Of a stretch of DNA of 64,000 nt, positions 18,328-28,031 are shown piece by piece. The translations under genes and the position numbers were made by a program. Location of the stretch: NCBI GenBank assembly GCA_035505275.1, contig DATJQX010000059.1:22414-86413 (forward strand), in the 5' to 3' direction. The DNA comes from Streptosporangiaceae bacterium (GTDB taxonomy: Bacteria > Actinomycetota > Actinomycetes > Streptosporangiales > Streptosporangiaceae). Numbering within the stretch: position 1 is the stretch's first letter; every line of letters begins with the position of its first letter. The notes beneath the pieces were generated by a model. That model worked only from the letters and a program-made list of their open reading frames with translations. It was not told the DNA's origin and did not search any database.

Positions 18328-19260
18328 ATGGATGACGTCGAGCTGCGCGAGCTCCGGTACTTCATCGCGGTCGGCGAGGAACTGAACTTCACCCGCGCCG
18401 CGGCACGCCTGGGCCTGGCCCAGCCGCCGCTCTCGGCGGCCATCGGCAAGCTCGAACGCAAGCTCGGCGTCCGGCTGCTTGAGCGCACCAGCCGCCGGGT
18501 CGCCCTGACCCCGGCCGGAGCCGTCCTGCTTGAACAAGGCCGGATCGCGGTCGAGGCGGCCGGCGCCGCGATCGAGCGAACCCGCAGGGCCGGAACCCAG
18601 CCCGCCCGCCTCACCGTCGCGGTCAAGCCGGGCACGGGCACCGACCTGCTCAGGAAGGTGGTCCGGCGCTGCGCCAGGGACCCGCGGATGCCGCGGCTGC
18701 ACGTCATGTTCGGCCACCCTGGCGGGCCCGCCGCCGCGGTCCGCGGCGGCGCCGCCGACGTCGCGATCCTGCGCGCCCCGTTCGACCGGCGCGGCCTGGA
18801 CACCGAACTACTCCTGACCGAACCCCGCCTGGCGGTCCTGCCCGCCGACCACCGCCTGGCCGGAAGAGCCGAACTGCGCCGCGCTGACCTGGCCGGCGAG
18901 CCGATGCCACGCTGGACCGGATCACCCGACCCGGCCGCCGCCGCGCACTGGATCGGCGCCGACACCCCAGGCCTGGCCGACGGCACCCCCGACGGCCCGC
19001 TGGACGGTCCCGAGATCAACGACATCAGCCAGCTCATGGCCGCTGTCACCCTCGGCAACGCCGTCGCCTACCTGCCAGCTTCGTTCGCGCACCAGCACCG
19101 CTCCGCCGACCTGGCCTTCGTGCCGGTCACCGACCTGAGCCCGAGCGAGGTCATGGTGGCCTGGCCGTCCACCAGCCGCTCGCGCGCCGTGGCCGCCTTC
19201 GTCCGCGCCGCCGTCGAGGCCGCCGCCGCCCACGCCGGCCAGCCCGCGGCCCTGGCCTGA
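18328..19260 (+). CDS. LysR family transcriptional regulator
   Basis: ATG 18328 gives MDDVELRELRYFIAVGEELNFTRAAARLGLAQPPLSAAIGKLE. The gene is divergent from the SDR gene. Confidence 0.85.
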   Translation: MDDVELRELRYFIAVGEELNFTRAAARLGLAQPPLSAAIGKLERKLGVRLLERTSRRVALTPAGAVLLEQGRIAVEAAGAAIERTRRAGTQPARLTVAVKPGTGTDLLRKVVRRCARDPRMPRLHVMFGHPGGPAAAVRGGAADVAILRAPFDRRGLDTELLLTEPRLAVLPADHRLAGRAELRRADLAGEPMPRWTGSPDPAAAAHWIGADTPGLADGTPDGPLDGPEINDISQLMAAVTLGNAVAYLPASFAHQHRSADLAFVPVTDLSPSEVMVAWPSTSRSRAVAAFVRAAVEAAAAHAGQPAALA

Positions 19261-20030
19261 TGACTCAGCCACCCTCACCCGAACTCGAAGGCGTCCGCGC
19301 GCTCGTCACCGGGGGTACCAGCGGCCTTGGCTTCGCCATGAGCCGGGCGCTGGCCGGAGCCGGCGCCCGGGTCGTCCTGACCGGCCGGACCGAACGCCGC
19401 GTCCAGGATGCCGCTAGCCGGATCGGCGACCTCGTGACCGGCCTCGTCATGGACGTCCGCGACGAGCAGTCCGTCTCCGCCAGCGTCGACCGCGCTCTAG
19501 GCGCACTGGGCGGCATCGACGTCCTGGTCAACAACGCCGGCCTCGGCATGCGCACGGTGAACCCGGACTTCATGACCGAGCCGATGGGCTTCTGGCAGGT
19601 CAGCCCCGACGCCTTCCGCGACCTGCTCGCCACTAACGTCGTCGGCTACTTCCTGGTCGCCCGCGCGGTCGTGCCGCACATGCTCCGGGCCGGCCGCGGC
19701 AAGATCGTCAACATCTCGATCAACGAGCCGACGATGCGGCGCAGGGGCTTCACGCCGTACGGCCCGTCGCGCGCGGCGACCGACGCGCTGTCCCACATCA
19801 TGGCCGCCGACCTGGCCGGCACCGGCATCGACGTGAACCTGCTGCTGCCCGGCGGCGCCACCAGAACCGGCATGACGCCGGACGCAGCGCCGGAAGACGT
19901 GCGGGCCACCTGGCTCGACCCGGCGATCATGGGCCCGCCGGTCTGCTGGCTCGCGTCCGGCGCCTCCGACGGCCGCACCGACCAGCGCGTCGTCGCCACC
20001 GAGTTCGCGCTTCACGGCCCTCCTGCTTAA
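19260..20030 (+). CDS. SDR family oxidoreductase (atypical YxxxR)
   Basis: 256 aa with TGGTSGLG and NNAG motifs. The active-site segment reads PYGPSRAA (Arg where Lys is expected). Its start overlaps the LysR stop. Confidence 0.8.
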   Translation: MTQPPSPELEGVRALVTGGTSGLGFAMSRALAGAGARVVLTGRTERRVQDAASRIGDLVTGLVMDVRDEQSVSASVDRALGALGGIDVLVNNAGLGMRTVNPDFMTEPMGFWQVSPDAFRDLLATNVVGYFLVARAVVPHMLRAGRGKIVNISINEPTMRRRGFTPYGPSRAATDALSHIMAADLAGTGIDVNLLLPGGATRTGMTPDAAPEDVRATWLDPAIMGPPVCWLASGASDGRTDQRVVATEFALHGPPA

Positions 20031-21712
20031 CCGCGCAACCACACCGCGGTGTCGGGCGGCAGCAGCTCACCGTCCAGCGGGCCGCTCGCCAGTAGCAGGC
20101 CCGCGTGCTCGGGCAGCGGCGCCGCGGCCGCCGAGATGTTCACCACGCAGCGCACGCTCCCGCCGCGGTCGAACGCCAGCACGCCGTCGCCAGCCGGCAG
20201 CCAGGTCATCGGCCCGTCGCCGAGGCCGGGCTCGGTCCTGCGCAGCGCCAGCGCGGCCCGGTACAGCTCGAGCATCGAGCCCGGCTTCCCGGTCTCCGCC
20301 TCGACGGTCAGATCCCGCCACTCCTTGGGCTGCGGCAGCCAGGGCTCGGACGCGGCACCGTCCGGCGAGAAGCCGAACGAAGGTTCGGCCCCCGTCCACG
20401 GCAGCGGCACGCGGCTGCCGTCCCGGCCCGGGTCGGCGCCGTGAGTGCGCCGCCAGATGGGGTCCTGCCGGCGCTCATCCGGGATGTCCTGCACCTCCCA
20501 CAGGCCGAGTTCCTCGCCCTGATAGACGTAGACCGAGCCGGGCAGCGCCATCGTCAGCAGCGCAGCCGCCCTGGCCCGCCGGGTACCGAGTTCCAGGTCG
20601 ACCGGCAGGCTGTGGAAGTACGCTCGCTGCTGCAGGCTGAACGCGGTGTCTGGGCGGCCGTACCGCGACACGATCCGGTCAACGTCGTGGTTGGACAGCA
20701 CCCACGTGGCCGGGGCACCAACCGGCGCGTGCAGGGCCAGCGTGTGGTCGATGACCTCGCGCAGCCGCGCGGCGTCCCACGGACAGGTCAGGTAAGGGAA
20801 ATTGAACACGGTATGCAGCTCGCCTGGGCTCACGTACCGGGCCAGCCGGGCTGCGTCCGGGATCCAGATCTCGCCGATGAGCACCCGGCCCCGGTAGTTG
20901 TCGGCCAGCGCGCGCCAGGACCGGTAGATCTCGTGTACGTCGTCGCGGTCGGTATACGGATGCGCGGGGCCGGGCGGCTGGTCCGGCGTCACCTCGGGCA
21001 GCGACGCGTCCTTGGTGAGCAGCGCCGCGGAGTCGATCCGGATGCCGTCCGCGCCGCGATCGAACCAGAACCGCAGCACGTCCTCGAACTCGGCGCGAAC
21101 CGCCGGGTTCGCCCAGTTGAAATCGGGCTGCTCGGGCGCGAACAGGTGCAGGTACCACTCTGCCGGAGCGGAGTCCGGCCCGGTGGTCCGGGTCCAGGCC
21201 GGCCCGCCGAAGATCGACTGCCAGTCGTTGGGCGGCAGGTCGCCGCCCGGGCCGCGGCCCGGGCGGAACCAGAATCGGTCCCGCTCCGCCGATCCCGGCG
21301 CGGCGCCGAGCGCGGCCAGGAACCAGGGGTGCTGATCCGAGCCGTGGTTCGGCACGACGTCGATGATGACCCGGATGCCGAGCGCGTGCGCCTCGGCGAT
21401 GAGCGCGTCCGCATCCTCCAGCGTGCCGAACACCGGGTCGATGCCCCGGTAGTCGGAGATGTCGTAACCCGCGTCCGACATCGGCGACGGGTACCACGGG
21501 TTGAACCAGATCGCGTCGATGCCGAGTCCGGCCAGGTAGGGCAGGCGCGCGCGCACGCCGGCGATGTCGCCGATCCCGTCCCCGTTCCCGTCGGCGAAGC
21601 TGCGCACGTACAGCTGATAGATGGCGGCGCTGCGCCACCAGGCGCCTTCGTGAGCGGGGCCGGGACCGAAAGATCCGGGGTCTAGCAAGGGAACCTCTTT
21701 CTCTGGGGTCAC
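20027..21712 (-). CDS. GH13 alpha-glucosidase / oligo-1,6-glucosidase family
   Basis: 561 aa with GH13 conserved regions DVVPNHGS, GADGIRIDSA, GEIW and LSNHD. It overlaps the upstream permease gene by 4 nt. Confidence 0.9.
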   Translation of the reverse strand: MTPEKEVPLLDPGSFGPGPAHEGAWWRSAAIYQLYVRSFADGNGDGIGDIAGVRARLPYLAGLGIDAIWFNPWYPSPMSDAGYDISDYRGIDPVFGTLEDADALIAEAHALGIRVIIDVVPNHGSDQHPWFLAALGAAPGSAERDRFWFRPGRGPGGDLPPNDWQSIFGGPAWTRTTGPDSAPAEWYLHLFAPEQPDFNWANPAVRAEFEDVLRFWFDRGADGIRIDSAALLTKDASLPEVTPDQPPGPAHPYTDRDDVHEIYRSWRALADNYRGRVLIGEIWIPDAARLARYVSPGELHTVFNFPYLTCPWDAARLREVIDHTLALHAPVGAPATWVLSNHDVDRIVSRYGRPDTAFSLQQRAYFHSLPVDLELGTRRARAAALLTMALPGSVYVYQGEELGLWEVQDIPDERRQDPIWRRTHGADPGRDGSRVPLPWTGAEPSFGFSPDGAASEPWLPQPKEWRDLTVEAETGKPGSMLELYRAALALRRTEPGLGDGPMTWLPAGDGVLAFDRGGSVRCVVNISAAAAPLPEHAGLLLASGPLDGELLPPDTAVWLRG

Positions 21713-22644
21713 CCGCGCAGGCCGCCCGCGGTGAGACCAGCCATGATGTTGCGCTGGAAGAACAAGAAGAAGACGATCGTCGGTATTGCGGCCATGGCGG
21801 AGGCGGCGATGATCAGGTTCACCTGCGTGCCGTACGCGGCCTGCCAGATGCCGACGTTCAGGGTTTCCCTGGTCGGGGTGTAGCCGTACTCGACCAGCAG
21901 CGGCCAGAGGAAGTCCTTCCAGACGGCGACCAGGCCGAAGATCGAGACCACGCCGATGATCGGCCGGGAGATCGGCAGCACCACCGAGCGCAGGATCCGC
22001 AGCCGGGACGCGCCGTCGATCTGCGCGGCGTCGATGTAGTCGGTCGGGATCGAGTCGAAGAACCGCTTGAGCAGGAAGATGTTGAACGCATTGGCCACCG
22101 AAGGCAGCCAGATCGCTTCCGGGGTGCCGATCAGGTTCAGGTGCAGGATGGGCAGGTCGGCCACGGTGATGTACTGCGGCACGACCAGCACGGTGGTCGG
22201 GATCATGAGCGTGGCCAGCATGAGGAAGAAGACGACGTTCCCGAACACCGGCCGCAGCCTGGACAGCGAGTAGGCCGCGGCCACGTCGAAGGTGAGCTGG
22301 AACGCCAGCGCGCCGAACGCGTAATAGATGCTGTTCCAGAGCAGCCGCGCGACGTCCAGCCGGTCGAACGCCTGCCGGTAGCTGCCCGGGTACAGGTGGT
22401 GCGGGTACAGCGTCGGCGGCGTCGCGATCGCCTCCTGGGTCGACTTCAGCCCGTCGGTGAACAGGAAGTACATCGGTCCGATGAAGACCAGCGTGAACAC
22501 GATGATGGCCAGGGTGAGGACGATCCGGTAGACGATCTTCCCGCGGCGCCGGTTCAGCGCCGAGCTCGAGATCAGCGTCCGGGTCGTCGTTCCGGCCGCC
22601 GGCCGGCTCCGCAGCGGGCCGGCGATAGCGGAAAGCGATGCCAT
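21709..22644 (-). CDS. Carbohydrate ABC transporter permease (MalG-like)
   Basis: 311 aa, multi-TM, with EAA-type loop AAQIDGASRLRILRSVVLPISRP. Confidence 0.9.
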   Translation of the reverse strand: MASLSAIAGPLRSRPAAGTTTRTLISSSALNRRRGKIVYRIVLTLAIIVFTLVFIGPMYFLFTDGLKSTQEAIATPPTLYPHHLYPGSYRQAFDRLDVARLLWNSIYYAFGALAFQLTFDVAAAYSLSRLRPVFGNVVFFLMLATLMIPTTVLVVPQYITVADLPILHLNLIGTPEAIWLPSVANAFNIFLLKRFFDSIPTDYIDAAQIDGASRLRILRSVVLPISRPIIGVVSIFGLVAVWKDFLWPLLVEYGYTPTRETLNVGIWQAAYGTQVNLIIAASAMAAIPTIVFFLFFQRNIMAGLTAGGLRG

Positions 22645-22654
22645 CTCAGCTCTC

Positions 22655-23629
22655 CTAACGGCGCTCTCGGGTGGCCCACAGGAACCCGCCGGAGAAGACG
22701 GCGAGCACCAGCATGAGCATCACGCCGAGGGCCGACGCGCTGTTGTAGTTGCTGGCGCCGCTCATCGCGAACGCGTACTGGTAGATGAGCATCACGACCG
22801 ACAGCGTGTTGTCGCCGACCCCGCCACCGCCGTTGGTCAGCACGAACGACTCCACGAACATCTGCATGGTGGCCACGATCTGCAGCATCAGCAGCATGAG
22901 CAGGATCAGCCGGGTCTGCGGGATGGTGACGTGCCGGATCCGGCGCCATAGCCCGGCGCCGTCCAGCTCGGCCGCCTCGTACAGCTCGCCGGGGATGTTC
23001 TGCAGCGCGGCCAGGTAGATCAGCGTCGCCGCGCCCATGTTCATCCAGGTGGAGGCGATCACCACCGACACCATCGCCACGCTGATGAACCCGCTGCCGG
23101 GCTGGAACACCCACTGCGAGGCCGGCAGGTGGACGAGCCGCAGGATTTCGTCGAACAGGCCGTACTGCGGGTTGTAGAAGTAGGCGAACAGCAGCAGCGC
23201 CGACGCCGGCGGCAGCATCACCGGCAGGTAGACCAGGATCCGCAGGTACCCCCTTGCGTGCCGCAGCTCGTTCAGCAGCAGTGCTACGAAGAACGGCGCC
23301 GCGTAGCCGAAGACCAGGGCCAGGACGGTGAATTCCAGCGTGTTGCGCCAGGCCAGCCAGAACGTCGGGTCGCGGAAGATCCGGATGTAGTTGGTCCAGC
23401 CCGCCCAGGCGTAGCCGCCGCCGAGGACCGCCTTCTGGAAGCTCATGATGACTTCGCGGACGATCGGGTACCAGGAGAAGAACGTGAAGCAGAGCACCGC
23501 GCCGATCAGGAAGCCGTGCGCCGACAGGTTGCGCCGCACCTTCGGCCCGAGCCGGCCGGCCGACCGCGTGCGCGCCGCCCGGGGTTCGGCCCTGGGCTTC
23601 CGCAGCGTCGCGACACCTGCCATCCGCAC
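22655..23629 (-). CDS. Carbohydrate ABC transporter permease (MalF-like)
   Basis: 324 aa, multi-TM, with EAA-type loop AAELDGAGLWRRIRHVTIPQTRL. Confidence 0.9.
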   Translation of the reverse strand: MRMAGVATLRKPRAEPRAARTRSAGRLGPKVRRNLSAHGFLIGAVLCFTFFSWYPIVREVIMSFQKAVLGGGYAWAGWTNYIRIFRDPTFWLAWRNTLEFTVLALVFGYAAPFFVALLLNELRHARGYLRILVYLPVMLPPASALLLFAYFYNPQYGLFDEILRLVHLPASQWVFQPGSGFISVAMVSVVIASTWMNMGAATLIYLAALQNIPGELYEAAELDGAGLWRRIRHVTIPQTRLILLMLLMLQIVATMQMFVESFVLTNGGGGVGDNTLSVVMLIYQYAFAMSGASNYNSASALGVMLMLVLAVFSGGFLWATRERR

Positions 23630-23703
23630 TCTCCTATCCTGGTCCGCCGGGCGCGGGGCCGGCCCTCGACGATGACCGGCCCCACGCGACGGGAGGCAGC
23701 GGG

Positions 23704-25104
23704 CTATCCCGCGCTGTTGGCCAAGATCGTGTTGACGTTGGCCGCGGCCGTCTTCAGCAGGTCGCTCATGTTGACGTTCGGCTCGGTCAGCACGGCCAGC
23801 ATCACCGGGTCCAGCGTCTTGTAGACCGCCTGGGCGTCGGTCGGCTCGCCGTCGCCGGCCTCGTTCGCGTTCACGAACGGCGCGTAGTACGAGGTGTTGA
23901 TGGTCGCGTACTTGGCCCGCAGGGCGTTGATCGCAGCCCCGGCCGCGCCGTCGAAGAGCTCAGGCTCCGGGAATCCGACCGGCAGCCCGTCTGCCTTCAT
24001 CCTGGCGAAGTTGAACTGCCCCAGGCCCGGCGTCAGGTCCTCGAAATCGATCCACTTGATGCCGGCCTCGATCTGCGCCGGGGTGTCGTGCTTGGCGAAG
24101 ATGTAGTCGTTGCCGCCGGACAGCGACCCGGCCGGCGTGCCGGTCAGGCTCGGCAGCGGGCCCATCCCGATGTCGTTGACGTTGCCCTTGTCGGTCGGCA
24201 CGATCACGTTGTAGATGTCATCCGGCGCGGCGATGTACATGCCCAGCTTGCCCGCGGCGAACTGCTGCTGCAGCGTGCCCCAGGCCAGGCCCTGAGTCGC
24301 GCTCATCGCGTGGTCGGTGAACCGCAGCGTGTGCAGCGCCTCCAGGATCGCCATGCCGTCGGAGTTGTCGAAGTTGGCGGTGGGCGGCGTGGCGTTGTTG
24401 TTGACCATCGAGCCGCCGAGCGCGTCCATGTAGGACGAGAAATGCCAGCCGCCGTTGTTGCCGGCGCTGTAGTCGCCCCAGCCCTCAATGCCGTGGCCGA
24501 GCTTGGCGATGGCGGTGGCATCCGTCTCCACCTGCGCCCACGTCGTGGGCGGATCGTTCGGGTTCAGCCCCGCCTGGCTGAACAGGCTGCGGTTGTAGAT
24601 CAGGCCCTGGGTGTAGTTGACGGTAGGCAGGCCGTAGATCGTGGTGCCCGCCGTCACCGCCTTCATCGAGCTGGGCACGATGTCGTTGAGCGTCGGCACC
24701 GTCTTGCTGTTCACGTACTGCGTGATGTCCGCCGCCTGCCCGGCCAGCAGCACCTGCGGCAGGTCCGTGAAGTAGGAGTAGAAGACGTCCGGCTCGGTCC
24801 CGGCCCGCAGCATGGCGGTAAACGTGGCAGGCACTTCGCACGGGTAGTTGTAGACGCTGTCGATCGTGATGTTCGGATTCGCCTTCTCGAAGGTGGTGAC
24901 GTCCTCCACCCACTCCTTGTGCTGCACCGGGTTCTCGGCCGCCGGCGGAGCGCAGTCGACGCTGACGGTCACATTGCCGGTGCCGCCCGAACTCGGGGCG
25001 CTGCTGCTGCTCGAGCAGGCCGCAGCGCCGAGCCCCAGACACGCAACGGCGATCACGGCGGCCCCCTTGCGGAAGCCGGCCAGCTGGTAGAGCTGTCTGC
25101 TCAT
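23704..25104 (-). CDS. Sugar ABC transporter substrate-binding lipoprotein
   Basis: 466 aa with a lipobox LGLGAAAC followed by a Ser-rich linker. It is the first gene of the permease/GH13 operon. Confidence 0.85.
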   Translation of the reverse strand: MSRQLYQLAGFRKGAAVIAVACLGLGAAACSSSSSAPSSGGTGNVTVSVDCAPPAAENPVQHKEWVEDVTTFEKANPNITIDSVYNYPCEVPATFTAMLRAGTEPDVFYSYFTDLPQVLLAGQAADITQYVNSKTVPTLNDIVPSSMKAVTAGTTIYGLPTVNYTQGLIYNRSLFSQAGLNPNDPPTTWAQVETDATAIAKLGHGIEGWGDYSAGNNGGWHFSSYMDALGGSMVNNNATPPTANFDNSDGMAILEALHTLRFTDHAMSATQGLAWGTLQQQFAAGKLGMYIAAPDDIYNVIVPTDKGNVNDIGMGPLPSLTGTPAGSLSGGNDYIFAKHDTPAQIEAGIKWIDFEDLTPGLGQFNFARMKADGLPVGFPEPELFDGAAGAAINALRAKYATINTSYYAPFVNANEAGDGEPTDAQAVYKTLDPVMLAVLTEPNVNMSDLLKTAAANVNTILANSAG

Positions 25105-25222
25105 CGATCAATCCTTCTTCCTCAGGGCGAACGTGGGCGATGCGCTACACCGGTGAACCGGCGCTGCCCTTTTGGCACTGAACATACAGAGGCGGACATC
25201 TGACCGCAAGATATCGATGAAA

Positions 25223-25232
25223 CTTTGCAAAG
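25223..25232. promoter_or_regulatory. Palindrome CTTTGCAAAG in the divergent LacI/ABC promoter region; candidate LacI-family operator
   Basis: A perfect 10-bp palindrome with a TGCA core lies in an AT-richer spacer. Confidence 0.25.
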
Positions 25233-25373
25233 AAACAACTTGATCACCTGTTCTAGTCGCCGGTACCACCTGATCTTGACCATGTATCCGGTTGCAGTCG
25301 AGTTTCTTGCTCTCTTTCAAGCCACTTGCGGACGACATCGCAGGCCAGCGGCCGACAGAGTGATTCAGGTCAC

Positions 25374-25385
25374 GCAAGTTCTTGC
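25374..25385. promoter_or_regulatory. Inverted repeat GCAAG-TT-CTTGC upstream of the LacI start; second candidate operator
   Basis: A 5-2-5 inverted repeat lies 25 nt upstream of ATG 25410. Confidence 0.2.
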
Positions 25386-25409
25386 AGCCAGATGTCGTAT
25401 TGTTGCGCC

Positions 25410-26501
25410 ATGACGCGAACCCCCGCCCGGCGGCTCGCCGACGTGGCCCAGAAGGTCGGAGTCAGCGAGGCCACCGTGAGCCGGGTCCTGCACGGCAAGG
25501 CCGGCGTGTCCGACAGCACCCGCGAGGCCGTGCTCAGGGCGCTGGACGTACTCGGCTACGAGCGCCCGACTCAGCTGCGCGGGAATCGTGCCCGCCTGGT
25601 CGGCCTGGTCCTGCCCGAATTGCAGAACCCGATCTTTCCGGCCCTGGCCGAGGTGATCGGGGGCGCACTGGCGCAGCGCGGGTTCACGCCGGTGCTGTGC
25701 ACCCGGACCGCGGGCGGCCTGTCCGAGGCCGACTACGTTGAGCTGCTGCTCGACCAGCACGCCTCCGGGGTGGTATTCGCCGGCGGTCACTTTGCCGAGC
25801 TGGCCTCTCCGCACGAGCATTACAAGCTGCTGCACGCCCGGGGCATCCCGGCCGTGCTGGTCAATGCGGCGGTCGACAACCTCGATTTCCCGTGCGTGGC
25901 GACGGACGACATGGCCGCTGCCGGGCAGGCCTTCCGGCACCTGGCCTCGCTCGGGCACGAGCGGATCGGCCTCGTGGTCGGGCCTGAGGACCACATGCCC
26001 TCGCGCGGCAAGCTGGCCGCGTTCCTGGATCACGTGCACCAGGCAGAACTCACCGTGGCGCCCGTCGAGCACACCCTGTTCTCCCTCGAAGGCGGCCAGG
26101 CGGCGGCGACCCGGATCCTTCGGCAGCAGGTCACCGGCATCATCTGCGGCAGCGACGTGCTCGCCCTCGGCGCGATTCGCGCGGCGCGCCGCGCCGGACT
26201 TCGCGTGCCCGGTGACGTCTCGGTGGTCGGTTACGACGACTCCTGGTTGCTGAACTGCACCGATCCGCCGCTCACCACGGTCAGGCAGCCCATCGAGTCG
26301 ATGGGCAAGGCAGCGGTCGCCCTGCTGGTGAACCAGATGGAGAGCGTCTCCGTCCACCCGGAGACGCTGCTGTTCGAGCCTGAGCTGGTGGTCCGCGGAT
26401 CCACTGCGCCAGCGCCGGGCGAGACCGCATCCTCCGCAAGCTCCGGGACTGATCGCCTCGCCGCCGGTACCGATTCCGACGTCATGGGGTCGGGGGGATG
26501 A
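25410..26501 (+). CDS. LacI family transcriptional regulator
   Basis: ATG 25410 gives MTRTPARRLADVAQKVGVSEATVSRVLHGKAGVSDSTREAVLRAL, followed by a periplasmic-binding-fold core. Confidence 0.85.
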   Translation: MTRTPARRLADVAQKVGVSEATVSRVLHGKAGVSDSTREAVLRALDVLGYERPTQLRGNRARLVGLVLPELQNPIFPALAEVIGGALAQRGFTPVLCTRTAGGLSEADYVELLLDQHASGVVFAGGHFAELASPHEHYKLLHARGIPAVLVNAAVDNLDFPCVATDDMAAAGQAFRHLASLGHERIGLVVGPEDHMPSRGKLAAFLDHVHQAELTVAPVEHTLFSLEGGQAAATRILRQQVTGIICGSDVLALGAIRAARRAGLRVPGDVSVVGYDDSWLLNCTDPPLTTVRQPIESMGKAAVALLVNQMESVSVHPETLLFEPELVVRGSTAPAPGETASSASSGTDRLAAGTDSDVMGSGG

Positions 26502-27363
26502 AGGTCTCGCTTGCCGGCGGCGCGCTCACCGATACCGGCAGCCCGAAGTCCCCGAAGGTGATCTCGAGATTCCGCTCCGTCTGCCCGACCGAGTCCAGGA
26601 CGGTGAGCTGCCGGACCCGCCCCTGTGCGTCGACATCGACCGTGCCGCTGATGCTCGCGGCCGGGGCCGAGGGCGCGGAGAACGTGACGCCGAACGTGTA
26701 CGCCGAGCCCGTCCAGCCAGGCCCGGACGCCGCACCCGCCGCGCTAACCTGAGTGGCCGACTCCAGCAGGGCCAGCATGTCCTGCGGGTCGATCAGGCTC
26801 AGGAACGCCGGGCGGCGGGCCAGCGCGGCAAGCTGCGCCGTCGTCGCGTTCGCGCCCGGCGGCAGCGGGCTGGCCAGCCGCTCCCAGGACGCCCACGCCG
26901 GGATCGCCCCGCCGATCTTGCGGCCAGAGGCGGTCCGCAGAGCAGCGGTCACGAACCTGTATGCGTAGCCACCGGCGAAACGGATCTGGTCGCCCAGGTT
27001 GTCCGTCCCTTCCCCGACCCCCCGCGCCGGGTCGAACTCGCCCGAGGCAGTGGTCCACGACTGCGAATACTTCCCGCCGGCCGCCACTATTTTCTGGGTC
27101 TCACTCACCTGGTAGCTTGTCGCCGCCGTCAGGGCGGCGGCCCGCGACACCTGGGCGAACGCCGATGGCGCCTGGACCGCCGAGAGCGTGATCACCGTGG
27201 CGGCGGCCACGATCCCGGCCGCGCCGACGGCCACCACCGACCGGGTCCGCACCACACGTGCCCGGCTCCGGGCCCGCACGCCGTGCAGCAGGTCGATCCC
27301 CGGCGGGACGTCCTCGGCGGCCATGGCGAACAGGCGGCGCGCGGTTTCTTCGGCGTCGTTCAT
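26482..27363 (-). CDS. Single-pass membrane protein downstream of the ECF sigma factor (possible anti-sigma/partner)
   Basis: ATG 27363 is preceded by AAGGAG. The TM helix is VVAVGAAGIVAAATVITLSAV. There is no ZAS motif, so the function is inferred from position only. Confidence 0.6.
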   Translation of the reverse strand: MNDAEETARRLFAMAAEDVPPGIDLLHGVRARSRARVVRTRSVVAVGAAGIVAAATVITLSAVQAPSAFAQVSRAAALTAATSYQVSETQKIVAAGGKYSQSWTTASGEFDPARGVGEGTDNLGDQIRFAGGYAYRFVTAALRTASGRKIGGAIPAWASWERLASPLPPGANATTAQLAALARRPAFLSLIDPQDMLALLESATQVSAAGAASGPGWTGSAYTFGVTFSAPSAPAASISGTVDVDAQGRVRQLTVLDSVGQTERNLEITFGDFGLPVSVSAPPASETFIPPTP

Positions 27364-27385
27364 GGGATGCTCCTTCATCGCAGGT

Positions 27386-27934
27386 TCACCTGCTGTCACG
27401 CTGCGGGCCTTGCGTCTCGTTGACCGCGTACCGGTCGAACTCGCTGCCCAGCAGATGGCGCAGCGCCCGCAGGCCGCGATGCGCGTGGGTCTTGACCGTC
27501 CCCACCGTGCAGCCCAGCAGCCAGGCGACCTCGGACTCGGGCAGGTCTTCGCAGTACCGCAGCACCAGCACGGCACGCTGCTGCCGGGGGAGTCCGGCCA
27601 GCGCCTGTCTGACCAGCGCACCGAGCACCTGCCGGTCCGCGATGTCCTCGACGCAGGAGCTCTCGGGCAGCGCCGCTGCCGGGGCTTCCCGCCGCCAGCG
27701 AGCGCGCCACCAGGACCGGTGCGTGTTGATCATGATGCGGCGCAGGTAGGCGTCCGGGTCCGCGGCGGTGTCGAGCCGCGGCCACGCCCGGTACAGCTTG
27801 ACCAGGCTGGCCTGGACTAGATCCTCCGCCGCGTGCCAGTCCCCGGTAAGCAGGACGGCCACCCGCAGATGGTGTTCGCCGCGCTCGCGGACATAGGCCG
27901 CGAAACGCTCCTCGATCCCGCTATCGCGCCGCAT
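27386..27934 (-). CDS. ECF (sigma-70 family, SigE-type) RNA polymerase sigma factor
   Basis: 182 aa with region 2 AEDLVQASLVKLYRAW and region 4 LPRQQRAVLVLRYCEDLPESEVAWLLGCTVGTVKTHAHRGLRAL. Confidence 0.85.
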   Translation of the reverse strand: MRRDSGIEERFAAYVRERGEHHLRVAVLLTGDWHAAEDLVQASLVKLYRAWPRLDTAADPDAYLRRIMINTHRSWWRARWRREAPAAALPESSCVEDIADRQVLGALVRQALAGLPRQQRAVLVLRYCEDLPESEVAWLLGCTVGTVKTHAHRGLRALRHLLGSEFDRYAVNETQGPQRDSR

Positions 27935-28031
27935 CCGCCGTCCTTCAGTCGGCCCACCTCACCATTACACGCTGGCCGGCCGGCCCCAGGTTGACATCGC
28001 AGTTCTCAGCGCGTGTAGCGCAACCGCCGGC

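Noticed and set aside
18237-19058. N-terminal extension of the 531-aa ORF 17463..19058
   Set aside because: It is a Ser/Arg/Pro-rich antisense shadow of the LysR gene. The SDR Rossmann motif starts right after ATG 18236.
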